From assembly GCA_964625065.1 (NCBI GenBank), contig CAZUZL010000003.1, forward strand, positions 1,730 to 65,729: a stretch of 64,000 bases of DNA, given 5' to 3'. The notes beneath the pieces were generated by a model. That model saw only the letters and a program-made list of their open reading frames with translations. It was not told where the DNA came from and made no database searches. Shown here piece after piece: positions 28,718 through 38,439 of this stretch. How positions within the stretch are numbered: the stretch's first letter is position 1; each line of letters starts with the position of its first letter. Position numbers and translations under genes: made by a program. This DNA comes from an uncultured Candidatus Saccharibacteria bacterium. Lineage in GTDB: Bacteria; Patescibacteriota; Minisyncoccia; Phycocordibacterales; UBA9973.

Positions 28718-28746
28718 AACACCAGCTATGGTGTTTTTTGTATTTA
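28718..28746 (+). terminator. Rho-independent terminator
   Basis: AAAAAACACCAGC-TAT-GGTGTTTTTTG. Confidence 0.7.
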
Positions 28747-28785
28747 TGTTGTATAGTTGTGTAAACCAAACAATCTTTTATAATC

Positions 28786-29868
28786 ATGAAAAACTATCTA
28801 TTAAAAATCTCTATTTTAACATTTATTTTACTTGTTTTATCTACAAACAAGGCGTACTCCAGCCCTATTACAATAAGTTCATCAGGGACTTATACAAACA
28901 ACGACGGACTAACTTTAAACTTCTCTTCTTACACAGGCACAGCACTTACTTTCTACGACCTATCAGGTTCTCCTGGTAATATAAACACAACAGATGTTGC
29001 GAATATACCTGGTACAACAGGACTTATTGGTCGGTGGGATCTTTGGAGAATTGAAAATGACTTTTTTAGCTCTGTAAGTCATACTGCTAATTTTACCTTC
29101 ACTTTTTCAAATTATGTAAGTTATGGTAATCCTAAAAGTGGTGGAACTTATTATTTAGTTACCCGAGCTGTGGGTGCACCAAATGGAACGCCATGGTCAG
29201 TTGTTACAGGCTCAACTGTGTCAGGTAATACTGTTACATTTAGTAATGTAAACATACCTTTCGGAGACGACGATTGGACATTAGCAAGTCCGGACACTAA
29301 TTCATCCAACAGTCCTTTGCCTGTTAAATTTATTTCCTTCACTGCTAATGCTGTAGGTAAAGATATTATTTTAAACTGGGCAACTGCTACTGAAAAAAAC
29401 AATGAACTTTTTGAAATAGAGAAGAGCTTGGATGGTACAAACTTTGTACCTATTGGTACCGAAAAAGGTGCCAATAATAGCAATAACATACGGAAGTATT
29501 CCTATGTTGATGCTAGTACGGTTACTTCGAACGTTATCTACTACCGGGTTAAACAGGTAGATTATGACAAAAACAACAGCTACAGTAATGTAGCAGTTGT
29601 GAAGATGTATAACAGTAAAACTGTTATTGCAATTTTTCCAAACCCTGCTAACAACACCATAAATGTTGTATTCACTAGTTTCGAGAAATCTCTTACTACA
29701 ATAACACTATCCGACAATGTTGGTTCTGTTATAAAAAGTTTTGATGTTTCTCCTACAGTAGGGGAAAACAAATATGAAGTAGATATTTCCGAAATACCGA
29801 AAGGTATTTATGTAATAAATTTAATCGTTTCTGGTAACAGGCATGCAATTAGGTTTATTAAGAACTAA
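28786..29868 (+). CDS. Secreted protein whose C-terminus resembles a Por/T9SS-type sorting domain
   Basis: Signal peptide. LPVKFISFTANAVGKDIILNWATATEKNNELFEIEKSLDGTNF...YYRVKQVDYDKNNSYS is followed by IAIFPNPANNTINVVF...GIYVINL...IRFIKN. Confidence 0.55.
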   Translation: MKNYLLKISILTFILLVLSTNKAYSSPITISSSGTYTNNDGLTLNFSSYTGTALTFYDLSGSPGNINTTDVANIPGTTGLIGRWDLWRIENDFFSSVSHTANFTFTFSNYVSYGNPKSGGTYYLVTRAVGAPNGTPWSVVTGSTVSGNTVTFSNVNIPFGDDDWTLASPDTNSSNSPLPVKFISFTANAVGKDIILNWATATEKNNELFEIEKSLDGTNFVPIGTEKGANNSNNIRKYSYVDASTVTSNVIYYRVKQVDYDKNNSYSNVAVVKMYNSKTVIAIFPNPANNTINVVFTSFEKSLTTITLSDNVGSVIKSFDVSPTVGENKYEVDISEIPKGIYVINLIVSGNRHAIRFIKN

Positions 29869-29904
29869 AAGTCCTATTATTTCATTTTACTGTATGTGAA
29901 TAAC

Positions 29905-29936
29905 TAACCGCAACGTTGATTCGTTGCGGTTTTTCT
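29905..29936 (+). terminator. Rho-independent terminator
   Basis: AACCGCAACG-TTGATT-CGTTGCGGTTTTTCTTTTTTT. Confidence 0.75.
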
Positions 29937-29949
29937 TTTTTTGTAGTAT

Positions 29950-30140
29950 TGTTTAAGTACAAGTTATAAACGGCCTTTTATAAGGGCATCACCGTTTAGT
30001 CCTGTATAAAAGGGCAGACTTTGGGAAGAACCGGCAACGGCGTAGAACCCATTAATTAAGAAGTAACTAAGGTGGTACCACGAGTAGAAACTCGTCCTTG
30101 GAAGGCAACATTTGTTGTTTTCTGTGGACGAGTTTTTAAT
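29950..30140 (+). promoter_or_regulatory. Candidate T-box-like leader of ileS
   Basis: AAGGTGGTACCACGAG resembles the T-box AGGGTGGNACCGCG. A downstream hairpin (AAACTCGTCC...GGACGAGTTTTT) has a 5' arm that could instead pair with the ACGAGT of the T-box-like segment. Confidence 0.35.
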
Positions 30141-30150
30141 TTTTAAATAT

Positions 30151-33100
30151 ATGCAAAATACAAATAATCAAGAAAATTTAAATAAATCAGCAATATCATT
30201 TCGTGAAGAAGCGGTTTTAGAATTCTGGAAAGAAAATAATATTTTCAATAAGACTTTAGAAAAACCCACTGACGCAGGTGAATACGTTTTCTACGAAGGC
30301 CCACCAACTGCTAATGGTAAACCTGGTATACACCACCTTGAAGCGCGTTCGTTTAAGGACATTATTCCACGTTACAAAACTATGCGCGGGTACCATGTTA
30401 GTCGTAAGGGTGGCTGGGACACACACGGTCTACCAGTAGAACTACAAGTAGAAAAAATGCTTGGTTTAAAATCTAAAAAAGAAATAGAAGAATATGGCAT
30501 AGAGGCATTTAATAAAAAGTGTAAAGAAAGTGTATGGGACTATCTAGACATGTGGAACAGTTTTACTGCACGCATGGGCTACTGGGTAGACATGCAACGC
30601 CCGTATGTTACATACCAAAACAGTTACATCGAAGCCCTATGGGGTGTAGTTGGCCGTGCCAACGAACGTGGTTATTTGTATAAAGACTTCAAGGTTCTAC
30701 CTTGGTGTACACGTTGTGGCACAGCACTGTCTTCACACGAACTAAACCAGCCTGGTGCGTATAAAGATGTGAAGGATCTGTCTGTTTACGTAAAGTTTAA
30801 AATTGTTGGTGTAGAAAACGGGTACTTCGTGGCATGGACTACAACACCATGGACACTACCTGGTAACGTTGCTCTTGCAGTTGGTGCAGATATAGATTAT
30901 GTAGAGGCTAAGAAAGACAATGAAGTGCTTGTGGTTGCCAAAGAAAGAATTTCAGTATTAGGTGAAGGTTACGAAATAATAGCCGAACACAAGGGTAGTG
31001 AAATGGTTGATATGCAATACGAACCACTATACCCATACTTGTCTGAAATCTACCAGCAAACAGCAAACAGCTCAAACTTTGTAAATGCTTTTAAAGTTTA
31101 CGCAGCAGACTTTGTTACTACTACAGACGGTACAGGTATAGTACACACTGCTGTTATGTATGGTGCCGACGACTTTGACTTAGGTACAAAATACGAACTA
31201 CCAAAGTTCCACACTGTAAACGAAGAAGGTAAATTTATTTCAGGTACTGGTTTCCTTGAGGGTAGATATGTTAAAGAAGTAGACGACAAGGGTAAACCCA
31301 CATTGGCAGTGGATATAATAGACGAACTAACTGCACGTGGTTTGTTGTTTAAAAAAGAAAACCACATGCACAGTTACCCACACTGTTGGCGTTGCGACAC
31401 ACCACTACTGTACTACGCACGTTCGTCTTGGTATTTCCGTATGTCTGCATTACGCCAGCAACTATTAGATGCAAATGAAAACATAAATTGGGAACCAGAC
31501 CATATAAAGGAAGGTCGTTTTGGCGAATGGCTAGACGGTATACGCGACTGGGCACTGTCACGCGACAGGTACTGGGGTACACCACTACCAATATGGCAAA
31601 AGTCTGACGGTGGTTATGTTGTTGTCGATTCGTTAGATAAATTAAAAAAACATACACAGACTTCTGGTAATAAATACTATGTTATGCGCCATGGTTTAAC
31701 ACACCACAACGTTGCCGGTACTTGGTCTTGTAATGTAGATAGTAAAGACGGTTTGAATGACACAGGTATAGAACAAGTTAAACAGTCTGCGTCAGCACAT
31801 ACAGATAAAAAAATAGACCTTATAATAGCGTCACCGTTTTACCGTACATTAGAAACTGCAAAAATTGCAGCTGGTGTTTTAGGTCTAAATGAATCTGACA
31901 TTGTTACCGACGCACGTTTAGGTGAATGGAATGTAGGTAGCGAATTTGACGGTAAACTAATAGAAGACTATTTTAAAGTTCGTAACGCCCAGGCTGATAG
32001 ATATAACTTTAAAACAGCCGGTGGTGAATCCTATGCCGACGTATTAGTACGTGCAGGTGCATTTATGTACGATATTGAAAATAAATACAAAGGTAAAAAT
32101 ATATTAATTGTTTCCCATGGTGCACCGACACGTGCCATAGAACTAGTTACTGCAGGGTACACATTAGACACATTGTTCGACGTAACACGAAGTTACAAAA
32201 ACTTTGATAATGCAGAAATACGCAAAGTAAACTTTGTACCACTTCCGCATAATGAAAACTTTGAACTAGATTTCCATAAACCATTTATAGACAATGTAGA
32301 ACTAGTAGATGAATCCGGAAACAAAATGGTTCGAACAAAAGAAGTTATGGACGTATGGTTCGACTCTGGGTCTATGCCATATGCCCAGTCACACAAACTA
32401 GGTGAAGTTATGGATTTTAATCCAGCTCCAGCCGACTACATTTCTGAAGCTATAGACCAAACACGTGGTTGGTTCTATACATTGCATGCAGTGTCTAATA
32501 TGCTGTCTGACGCGCCACGTAATGCATATAAAAATGTAATTTGTTTGGGCCATATACTAGACGCCCAAGGTTTAAAAATGTCTAAGTCAAAAGGTAACGT
32601 AGTAGACCCATGGACCATGTTCGACAAATACGGAGCCGACACAATACGCCTATGGATGTACAGTGTAAACCAACCAGGCGACAGTAAAAACTTCGACGAA
32701 AAAACCGTAGCTGAATTGCACGGTAAAGTGTTTACACTGCTAGATAACTGTTACAAGTTGTTTGAACTATATAAAGACAAAGACTATGTAATAGGTAACA
32801 CCAGTGTAAATGTACTAGACCAGTGGGTAGTTGCACGACTAAACCAACTAATTTCAGATTCTACAAAGTCTTTGGACGAATATAATATATTTAACCCAGT
32901 GCGTGCACTACGCGAATTTATTGCAGACTTTTCTACTTGGTATATACGTCGTTCACGCGACAGGTTCAAGTCAGACGATGTAGTTGTTTATGGTCCAGCC
33001 TTAGCAACTACACATTATGTATTTACCGAATTAGCAAAATTCATGGCTCCATTCGCGCCGTTCTATGCAGAAGATTTGTGGCAGAAAATACGCGACGAAA

Positions 33101-33624
33101 AAGATACTGTCTCCGTACATTTAGCTAACTGGCCGGATTCTCCCCTTGATAAGGGGGAGCTAGAGGGGGTTTTAGAAAACATGCAAAAAATCCGCGACAT
33201 TTGTACCGAAGGTAATGCTTTGCGTAAAAAGTCTACAATACCAGTACGCCAGCCATTGTTGTCTATAACAGTTGTAAATCAAAATTTAGATAATGAATAT
33301 GAAGAAATAATAAAAGACGAACTTAATATCAAACAAGTTTTTTATGGCGCTGAATTTATATTAGACACTGACATAACACCAGAACTAAAAACTGAAGGTA
33401 ACTACCGCGAACTTGTTCGTGCATTACAAGACATGCGTAAAGACATGGGCCTAACACCCGACGAAATAGTTAGTCTAAAAATTTCTGAAAATGCAAAAGA
33501 CCTAATAGTAAAATTTGAAACAGATTTGAAAAAAACTGTTGGCGTAAATACCATTGTATTTACAGACGGGGAAGTGGATACAGCAATAGGCACAGAAATG
33601 TATAAAGTAAGTATAGAAAAATAG
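30151..33624 (+). CDS. ileS: Isoleucine--tRNA ligase carrying an inserted histidine-phosphatase (PGM-like) domain
   Basis: HIGH (GIHHL), CP1 editing region, WALSRDRYWGTPLPIW, KMSKS (KMSKSKGN). Between PIWQKSDGGYVVVD and DVWFDSGS lie about 230 extra residues with RHG...SHG motifs. Confidence 0.9.
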   Translation: MQNTNNQENLNKSAISFREEAVLEFWKENNIFNKTLEKPTDAGEYVFYEGPPTANGKPGIHHLEARSFKDIIPRYKTMRGYHVSRKGGWDTHGLPVELQVEKMLGLKSKKEIEEYGIEAFNKKCKESVWDYLDMWNSFTARMGYWVDMQRPYVTYQNSYIEALWGVVGRANERGYLYKDFKVLPWCTRCGTALSSHELNQPGAYKDVKDLSVYVKFKIVGVENGYFVAWTTTPWTLPGNVALAVGADIDYVEAKKDNEVLVVAKERISVLGEGYEIIAEHKGSEMVDMQYEPLYPYLSEIYQQTANSSNFVNAFKVYAADFVTTTDGTGIVHTAVMYGADDFDLGTKYELPKFHTVNEEGKFISGTGFLEGRYVKEVDDKGKPTLAVDIIDELTARGLLFKKENHMHSYPHCWRCDTPLLYYARSSWYFRMSALRQQLLDANENINWEPDHIKEGRFGEWLDGIRDWALSRDRYWGTPLPIWQKSDGGYVVVDSLDKLKKHTQTSGNKYYVMRHGLTHHNVAGTWSCNVDSKDGLNDTGIEQVKQSASAHTDKKIDLIIASPFYRTLETAKIAAGVLGLNESDIVTDARLGEWNVGSEFDGKLIEDYFKVRNAQADRYNFKTAGGESYADVLVRAGAFMYDIENKYKGKNILIVSHGAPTRAIELVTAGYTLDTLFDVTRSYKNFDNAEIRKVNFVPLPHNENFELDFHKPFIDNVELVDESGNKMVRTKEVMDVWFDSGSMPYAQSHKLGEVMDFNPAPADYISEAIDQTRGWFYTLHAVSNMLSDAPRNAYKNVICLGHILDAQGLKMSKSKGNVVDPWTMFDKYGADTIRLWMYSVNQPGDSKNFDEKTVAELHGKVFTLLDNCYKLFELYKDKDYVIGNTSVNVLDQWVVARLNQLISDSTKSLDEYNIFNPVRALREFIADFSTWYIRRSRDRFKSDDVVVYGPALATTHYVFTELAKFMAPFAPFYAEDLWQKIRDEKDTVSVHLANWPDSPLDKGELEGVLENMQKIRDICTEGNALRKKSTIPVRQPLLSITVVNQNLDNEYEEIIKDELNIKQVFYGAEFILDTDITPELKTEGNYRELVRALQDMRKDMGLTPDEIVSLKISENAKDLIVKFETDLKKTVGVNTIVFTDGEVDTAIGTEMYKVSIEK
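33136..33172 (+). repeat. GC-rich palindromic mini-element (family A, inverted) in frame inside ileS
   Basis: TCCCCTTGATAAGGGGGAGCTAGAGGGGG is the reverse complement of the family A core CCTCCCCCTTATCAAGGGGAGG. It encodes SPLDKGELEG. Confidence 0.55.
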
Positions 33625-33629
33625 AAATA

Positions 33630-33664
33630 AAAAAAGCCGGGCGTATAATACGTCCGGCTTTTGC
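33630..33664. terminator. Bidirectional terminator
   Basis: AAAAAAGCCGGGCG-TATAATA-CGTCCGGCTTTTGCG. Confidence 0.7.
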
Positions 33665-33680
33665 GTTGGAAAGGTTGTTT

Positions 33681-34289
33681 TTAGGCAACTTTTTTCCGTT
33701 GGCTTGTCTTCTTGTTCGGTGTTTTTTTATTGGATGAGAATACTGAAAGTAGATTTCCGAAAATTTCTCCAAAAGTTGTAGGTTTTACTTCGGCTTGAAG
33801 TTCCTTAATCTTTAATTGAGTTTTCTGTTTGAATTTTTCGTTCTCTTCTTTTTCTTTAGCCTTTGCTTCACGTTTCTTTGCTTGCTTCTCAATTTCAGCC
33901 TTAATGGCATCTTCTTTTGCCTTTTCGGAAGCTATCATTGCGTCCCATGTTGTTTTAGATACTTCTCTGCCATTTTCTACACATTCTTTTATGAATGCTT
34001 CGATTTTAGCAACGTTTTTTTCTTGTGCAATTGGCAACAACACTGCTGTTGGCTTTGGATTCCAATGTCTGCAACATGCATCCCATTCATTTTTATCAGA
34101 CATTTTCAGGAATACTCCTAATTTTGTCATCCAAAAATATATGACTATGTTTTGCGTAGTTGTAAGCTTAACCAAGTAATTAGGGTCTGCACCCTTTTCT
34201 TTTGGTGTGCTTACAAGGCACCATTGTTGTACATAATTTGATTTATTCAAATTGTTTTTTGTCGGGGTAAATTCAGGAATATTGTTCAT
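33681..34289 (-). CDS. Hypothetical protein with a K/E-rich C-terminal tail
   Basis: Long ORF with a good terminator; no recognisable motif. Confidence 0.45.
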   Translation of the reverse strand: MNNIPEFTPTKNNLNKSNYVQQWCLVSTPKEKGADPNYLVKLTTTQNIVIYFWMTKLGVFLKMSDKNEWDACCRHWNPKPTAVLLPIAQEKNVAKIEAFIKECVENGREVSKTTWDAMIASEKAKEDAIKAEIEKQAKKREAKAKEKEENEKFKQKTQLKIKELQAEVKPTTFGEIFGNLLSVFSSNKKTPNKKTSQRKKVA

Positions 34290-34437
34290 GTGTATGGTAT
34301 TAATTTAGTTAAAAATCTATTAGTGTTACCTGTATTATATACCTTTTTATGGTATTTGTCAAGTATAAATAACCCAACAAATACAAGTTTTCGATTTCGT
34401 TTAGATGGGTTTTATTTGGTATAATAAGGCTCTAATT

Positions 34438-34983
34438 ATGGCACACCACATATACCACACAACTGCATTTGTTTGTGCTGAGAAGCCCTTGGGCGAGCAT
34501 AATAGGGCATACAAGCTGTTTACACGTGAATTAGGTATGGTTGTGGCTACAGCACAGGCCGTGCGTAAACTGCAGTCTAAGGCACGTCTGGCTATAGTGC
34601 TATACAAGTTTGCCAAGGTGGACATGGTGCGCGGTCGTGCCATGTGGCGCATTGGTAGTACACAAAGCCATGATGTGTCAGACATAGATATACGCCGTGT
34701 GTCTGCACGTATAGCGTCTATATTGTTGCGCCTTATTCCAGAAGAAGAACCAAACGAACCACTTTTTAATGAAATAATTTTACTGTACCCATACCTGGCA
34801 GAAGGTGTTTTTGAACTGGCATTAGTAGCTAGAATTTTGTTTCACTTAGGTTACTGGAACCGCGAATTTACCGACGTACTAATAGTAGGTAACATAGAAC
34901 AATTACGTACATATGGGCAAACCATGGAACGTGCAGATATAGTTCGCAACATAAACACGCTATTGGATGAAACACAATTGTAA
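34438..34983 (+). CDS. recO: RecO-like DNA repair protein (short form lacking the zinc finger)
   Basis: An N-terminal OB-fold pattern (EKPLGEHNRAYKLFTRELGMVVATAQAVRK) and the ALVARILFHLGYW helix resemble RecO. Confidence 0.45.
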   Translation: MAHHIYHTTAFVCAEKPLGEHNRAYKLFTRELGMVVATAQAVRKLQSKARLAIVLYKFAKVDMVRGRAMWRIGSTQSHDVSDIDIRRVSARIASILLRLIPEEEPNEPLFNEIILLYPYLAEGVFELALVARILFHLGYWNREFTDVLIVGNIEQLRTYGQTMERADIVRNINTLLDETQL

Positions 34984-35002
34984 TGTGATATAATAAAAAT
35001 AT

Positions 35003-36892
35003 ATGGAAGATGAAAACAAAAACTCTACACATAGAATAGAAGACATAAAGTCAAAACTTTTTATGTCAAAACCAGACGAAGTGTTACCCAGCCCAGACGG
35101 TGGGGTACTACATGGAGAAAGTTTTAATGTAAACCACGAATGGGCACAAAGCAGTGCGGTAAAAAAAGCAAAAAACATGTTAGGCCATAAAACTTTTTTT
35201 AGAACATTTTTTATAATTTCATTTTCATTCCTAGTTATTGCTATTGGGTTTTTGTACTATTCTCTACAGCAAAAAACAAATATCGTTTCAAACGACCGTA
35301 TAGACCTAACCATTTTAGGTAACTCTTTTGCTCAGGGTGGCGAACAGTTTTCTTTGGAAGTTGCAACAACAAACAGAAACCGTGCCCAACTAGAACTGGC
35401 AGACATTATAGTTACATACCCTAAAGACGCCAGCGACAAGGGTGAAAAACTTCGGGCTAAAATGGACATAGGCACCATAACACCAGGCGAAACAAAACGT
35501 ACAGTTATACCACTAGTTTTATATGGTGAATCTGGAAGCATAAAACCCATCAGTATAATGTTGGAATACCACATAGCTGGTTCTAATGCATTGTTTACAA
35601 AACAAATTCAAAAAGAAGTTACATTGTCAGGGTCCTCATTATCTATAGGCATAGACGGGGCAACAACTGTTGTGTCTAACCAACCATATACATTTATTAT
35701 TTCTATAAACCCGACTTCAGAAGACTTGCTTAAAAACATGGCTGTTTCTGTAGACTTTCCACCTGGTTTTAGTTTCCAAAAGTCTGAACCTGGTGCGTTT
35801 AGTGGTAACAACCTATGGAGTTTGGGCGACTTGATAAAAGGCACTAAAAAAGAAATAAGTATAACAGGTACATTAAACGGTATCAGTGGCGACGAAAAGG
35901 TCTTTCATATTTACATAGGCGAACAAGACAAAAACGGTGCACATGGTCTGGGCGCATTGTATGCACAAAGTTTACAAACAGTTCTAATAGACAAAGCTTT
36001 CTTAGATACACACATAACATATAACGGCACTACTTCAGATGTGTACGCTATTGGTTCTGGTTCTGATGTGCCAGTATCTATTTCATATACAAACAACACA
36101 AACACAGTTGTGCACGACAGTGTTATAACGGCAACTATTTCAGGTAGTGCCTTTGATAAAAAAAGTGTTAAAACAAATTTTGGTACTTATGACGAATCAA
36201 AGTCTACTATAGTTTGGAATTCAGACCAAACGCTAGCACTAGCAGACATAGCACCAGGGGGTAATGGTTATGTGGATTTTAATTTTTCTGCATTACCAGG
36301 CGGTACGGGTGTAGGTGGCGACATAGTTGTAACTGTTTCAGTAACAGGCACACCTATAGATTCTGTTAATTCTGTAACATCGCTTTCAGCATTAGATAGA
36401 AAAATTTTCCGCCTTGGTGCACAAGTAGATTTAGATGCGGTTGGGTATTTTACATCTGGTCCTTTAAAAAACACTGGTGCAAATCCACCAGTAGCTGGAA
36501 GTACAACAACATATACTGTTGGTTGGGTACTATCTAACACAACAAACCCAGTAGACAACGGTGTTGTAAAAGGTATATTACCACGCAATGTAGAATGGGC
36601 GTCCGATTTTTCTCCGAAAGACGAAGTTGTTACATATAACAGTTCTTCACGTGAAGTTACTTGGCGTGTCGGCACATTAAAGAAAAACCCCAGCGACACT
36701 GTTCGTAGGCAAGTGTTTTTCAAGGTTAATCTAACACCAACTACTACAGACGTAGGCAGTGTGCCAACACTACTAACACAGTCTACTTTTACTGGAACTG
36801 ATTCGTACACTACATCGAACGTTCGTATAACCCGCGACCCTGTTACATTACGCCGTATAGAAGGCGCAGGTGACGGCAAGGTGGTTAAGTAA
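35003..36892 (+). CDS. Large membrane-anchored surface protein with repetitive beta-rich (DUF11-like) domains
   Basis: N-terminal TM helix and long Thr/Ser/Val/Gly-rich repeated segments. Confidence 0.55.
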   Translation: MEDENKNSTHRIEDIKSKLFMSKPDEVLPSPDGGVLHGESFNVNHEWAQSSAVKKAKNMLGHKTFFRTFFIISFSFLVIAIGFLYYSLQQKTNIVSNDRIDLTILGNSFAQGGEQFSLEVATTNRNRAQLELADIIVTYPKDASDKGEKLRAKMDIGTITPGETKRTVIPLVLYGESGSIKPISIMLEYHIAGSNALFTKQIQKEVTLSGSSLSIGIDGATTVVSNQPYTFIISINPTSEDLLKNMAVSVDFPPGFSFQKSEPGAFSGNNLWSLGDLIKGTKKEISITGTLNGISGDEKVFHIYIGEQDKNGAHGLGALYAQSLQTVLIDKAFLDTHITYNGTTSDVYAIGSGSDVPVSISYTNNTNTVVHDSVITATISGSAFDKKSVKTNFGTYDESKSTIVWNSDQTLALADIAPGGNGYVDFNFSALPGGTGVGGDIVVTVSVTGTPIDSVNSVTSLSALDRKIFRLGAQVDLDAVGYFTSGPLKNTGANPPVAGSTTTYTVGWVLSNTTNPVDNGVVKGILPRNVEWASDFSPKDEVVTYNSSSREVTWRVGTLKKNPSDTVRRQVFFKVNLTPTTTDVGSVPTLLTQSTFTGTDSYTTSNVRITRDPVTLRRIEGAGDGKVVK

Positions 36893-36934
36893 TACGGTCT
36901 TTAAAAATAACCCCAGATCTGCTATAGTGGGGAA

Positions 36935-38278
36935 ATGGATAAAGACACACTAATGGACAAAATAACTTCACTGGCCAAACGCCGTGGGTTTATTTACCAA
37001 GGCTCTGAAATATATGGTGGCCTGGCTGGTATATGGGATTACGGTCCATTAGGTGTTGAATTACGACATAATATAAAACAATATTTTTGGAAAACTTTCA
37101 TTGCTGACAGAGAAGACATTTACCCTATAAGTGCTGCAATATTAATGCCTGAAAAAGTATGGGAAGCTTCAGGTCATTTAGAACTTTTTACCGACCCATT
37201 AGTAGAATGTAAAATTTGTAACGAACGTGTACGTGCCGACCAACCAGAAGCAATAGACGACCATGAAAAAAATCATAAAGAAAAAGTAACATGGTCAGAA
37301 CCACGTGTTTTTAATTTACTTGTAAGCACTAAACTTGGTGCATCAGAAGCAACTGCAACCAACGTGTATTTACGTGGAGAAATAACCCAGGGAGTGCATG
37401 TAAACTTTAAAAATATTTTGGACTCGATGCATCCGAAACTACCTTTTGGTGTTGGTCAAATAGGTAAAGCTTTTCGTAATGAAATAACTCCACGCGATTT
37501 TCTTTTCCGTCAGCGTGAATTTGAACAAATGGAAATTCAATATTACGTAAAACCTGTAGATGAAGATGCTCAAAAAATATTTGAATACTGGAAAGAATCT
37601 GCACTAGCTTGGTATTATGGTCTTGGTTTTAAAAAAGAAAGTTTACGTCTACGCCAGCATGCGTTAGATGAACGTGCCCACTATGCAAAGGACGCTTGGG
37701 ACATAGAATACAACATGCCTGGCGTTGGCTGGAAAGAAGCCTGGGGTATACACCACCGCGGAGACTGGGATTTGCGTCGCCATAGTGAATATTCAAAAAT
37801 TGATTTGTCGTACTATGACGAAGAAACAAAAGAAAGATACATACCATATGATATCGAATGTTCTGGTGGTGTAGACCGTGCAGTTTTGTTTACTCTTATG
37901 GAAGCATACACCGAAGACGAAATGAATGGTGAAAAGAGAGAGTATTTGAAATTAAAACCATCAATTGCACCTGTTTTGTGTGCTGTGTCGCCACTATTGA
38001 AAAACAAAGTTGAACTTGTAGATAAAGCAAGATTAGTATTTACTGATTTGAAAAAACAATTCGGCAATATTTCCTGGGACGACAACGGTAACATAGGTAA
38101 GCGTTACCGACGCCAAGACGAAATAGGTACACCATACTGTATAGTTGTAGACTTTGACACATTAGGCGAAAACCCTGACCTGTTAGACACTGTTACTGTA
38201 CGTGACCGCGACACTGGTACACAACAACGTATAGCTATAACTGAACTTGCGGATTTCCTTAAAAAGTCTTTGATTTAA
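36935..38278 (+). CDS. glyQS: Glycine--tRNA ligase (class II, alpha2 archaeal/eukaryote-like type)
   Basis: KRRGFIYQGSEIYGGLAGIWDYGPLGVELRHNIKQ, ...FRNEITPRDFLFRQREFEQMEIQYYV. Confidence 0.9.
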   Translation: MDKDTLMDKITSLAKRRGFIYQGSEIYGGLAGIWDYGPLGVELRHNIKQYFWKTFIADREDIYPISAAILMPEKVWEASGHLELFTDPLVECKICNERVRADQPEAIDDHEKNHKEKVTWSEPRVFNLLVSTKLGASEATATNVYLRGEITQGVHVNFKNILDSMHPKLPFGVGQIGKAFRNEITPRDFLFRQREFEQMEIQYYVKPVDEDAQKIFEYWKESALAWYYGLGFKKESLRLRQHALDERAHYAKDAWDIEYNMPGVGWKEAWGIHHRGDWDLRRHSEYSKIDLSYYDEETKERYIPYDIECSGGVDRAVLFTLMEAYTEDEMNGEKREYLKLKPSIAPVLCAVSPLLKNKVELVDKARLVFTDLKKQFGNISWDDNGNIGKRYRRQDEIGTPYCIVVDFDTLGENPDLLDTVTVRDRDTGTQQRIAITELADFLKKSLI

Positions 38279-38406
38279 AGTATATTAAAACACGTCAGTG
38301 GGTATTGACATGTTTTAATAATAGGTATACAGTTTATACATAAACGTGTTCTTTGCGCCCATCAGGGCCAGAGCAGTTTACTTTTTTTTCATTAGTTTTT
38401 GTTCAA

Positions 38407-38437
38407 TAAATGGGTCCCTTGGCCCATTTTTTGTTTT
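38407..38437. terminator. Hairpin plus T-tract between glyQS and the convergent DHH gene
   Basis: AAATGGGTC-CCTT-GGCCCATTTTTTGTTTTT. Confidence 0.5.
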
Positions 38438-38439
38438 TA

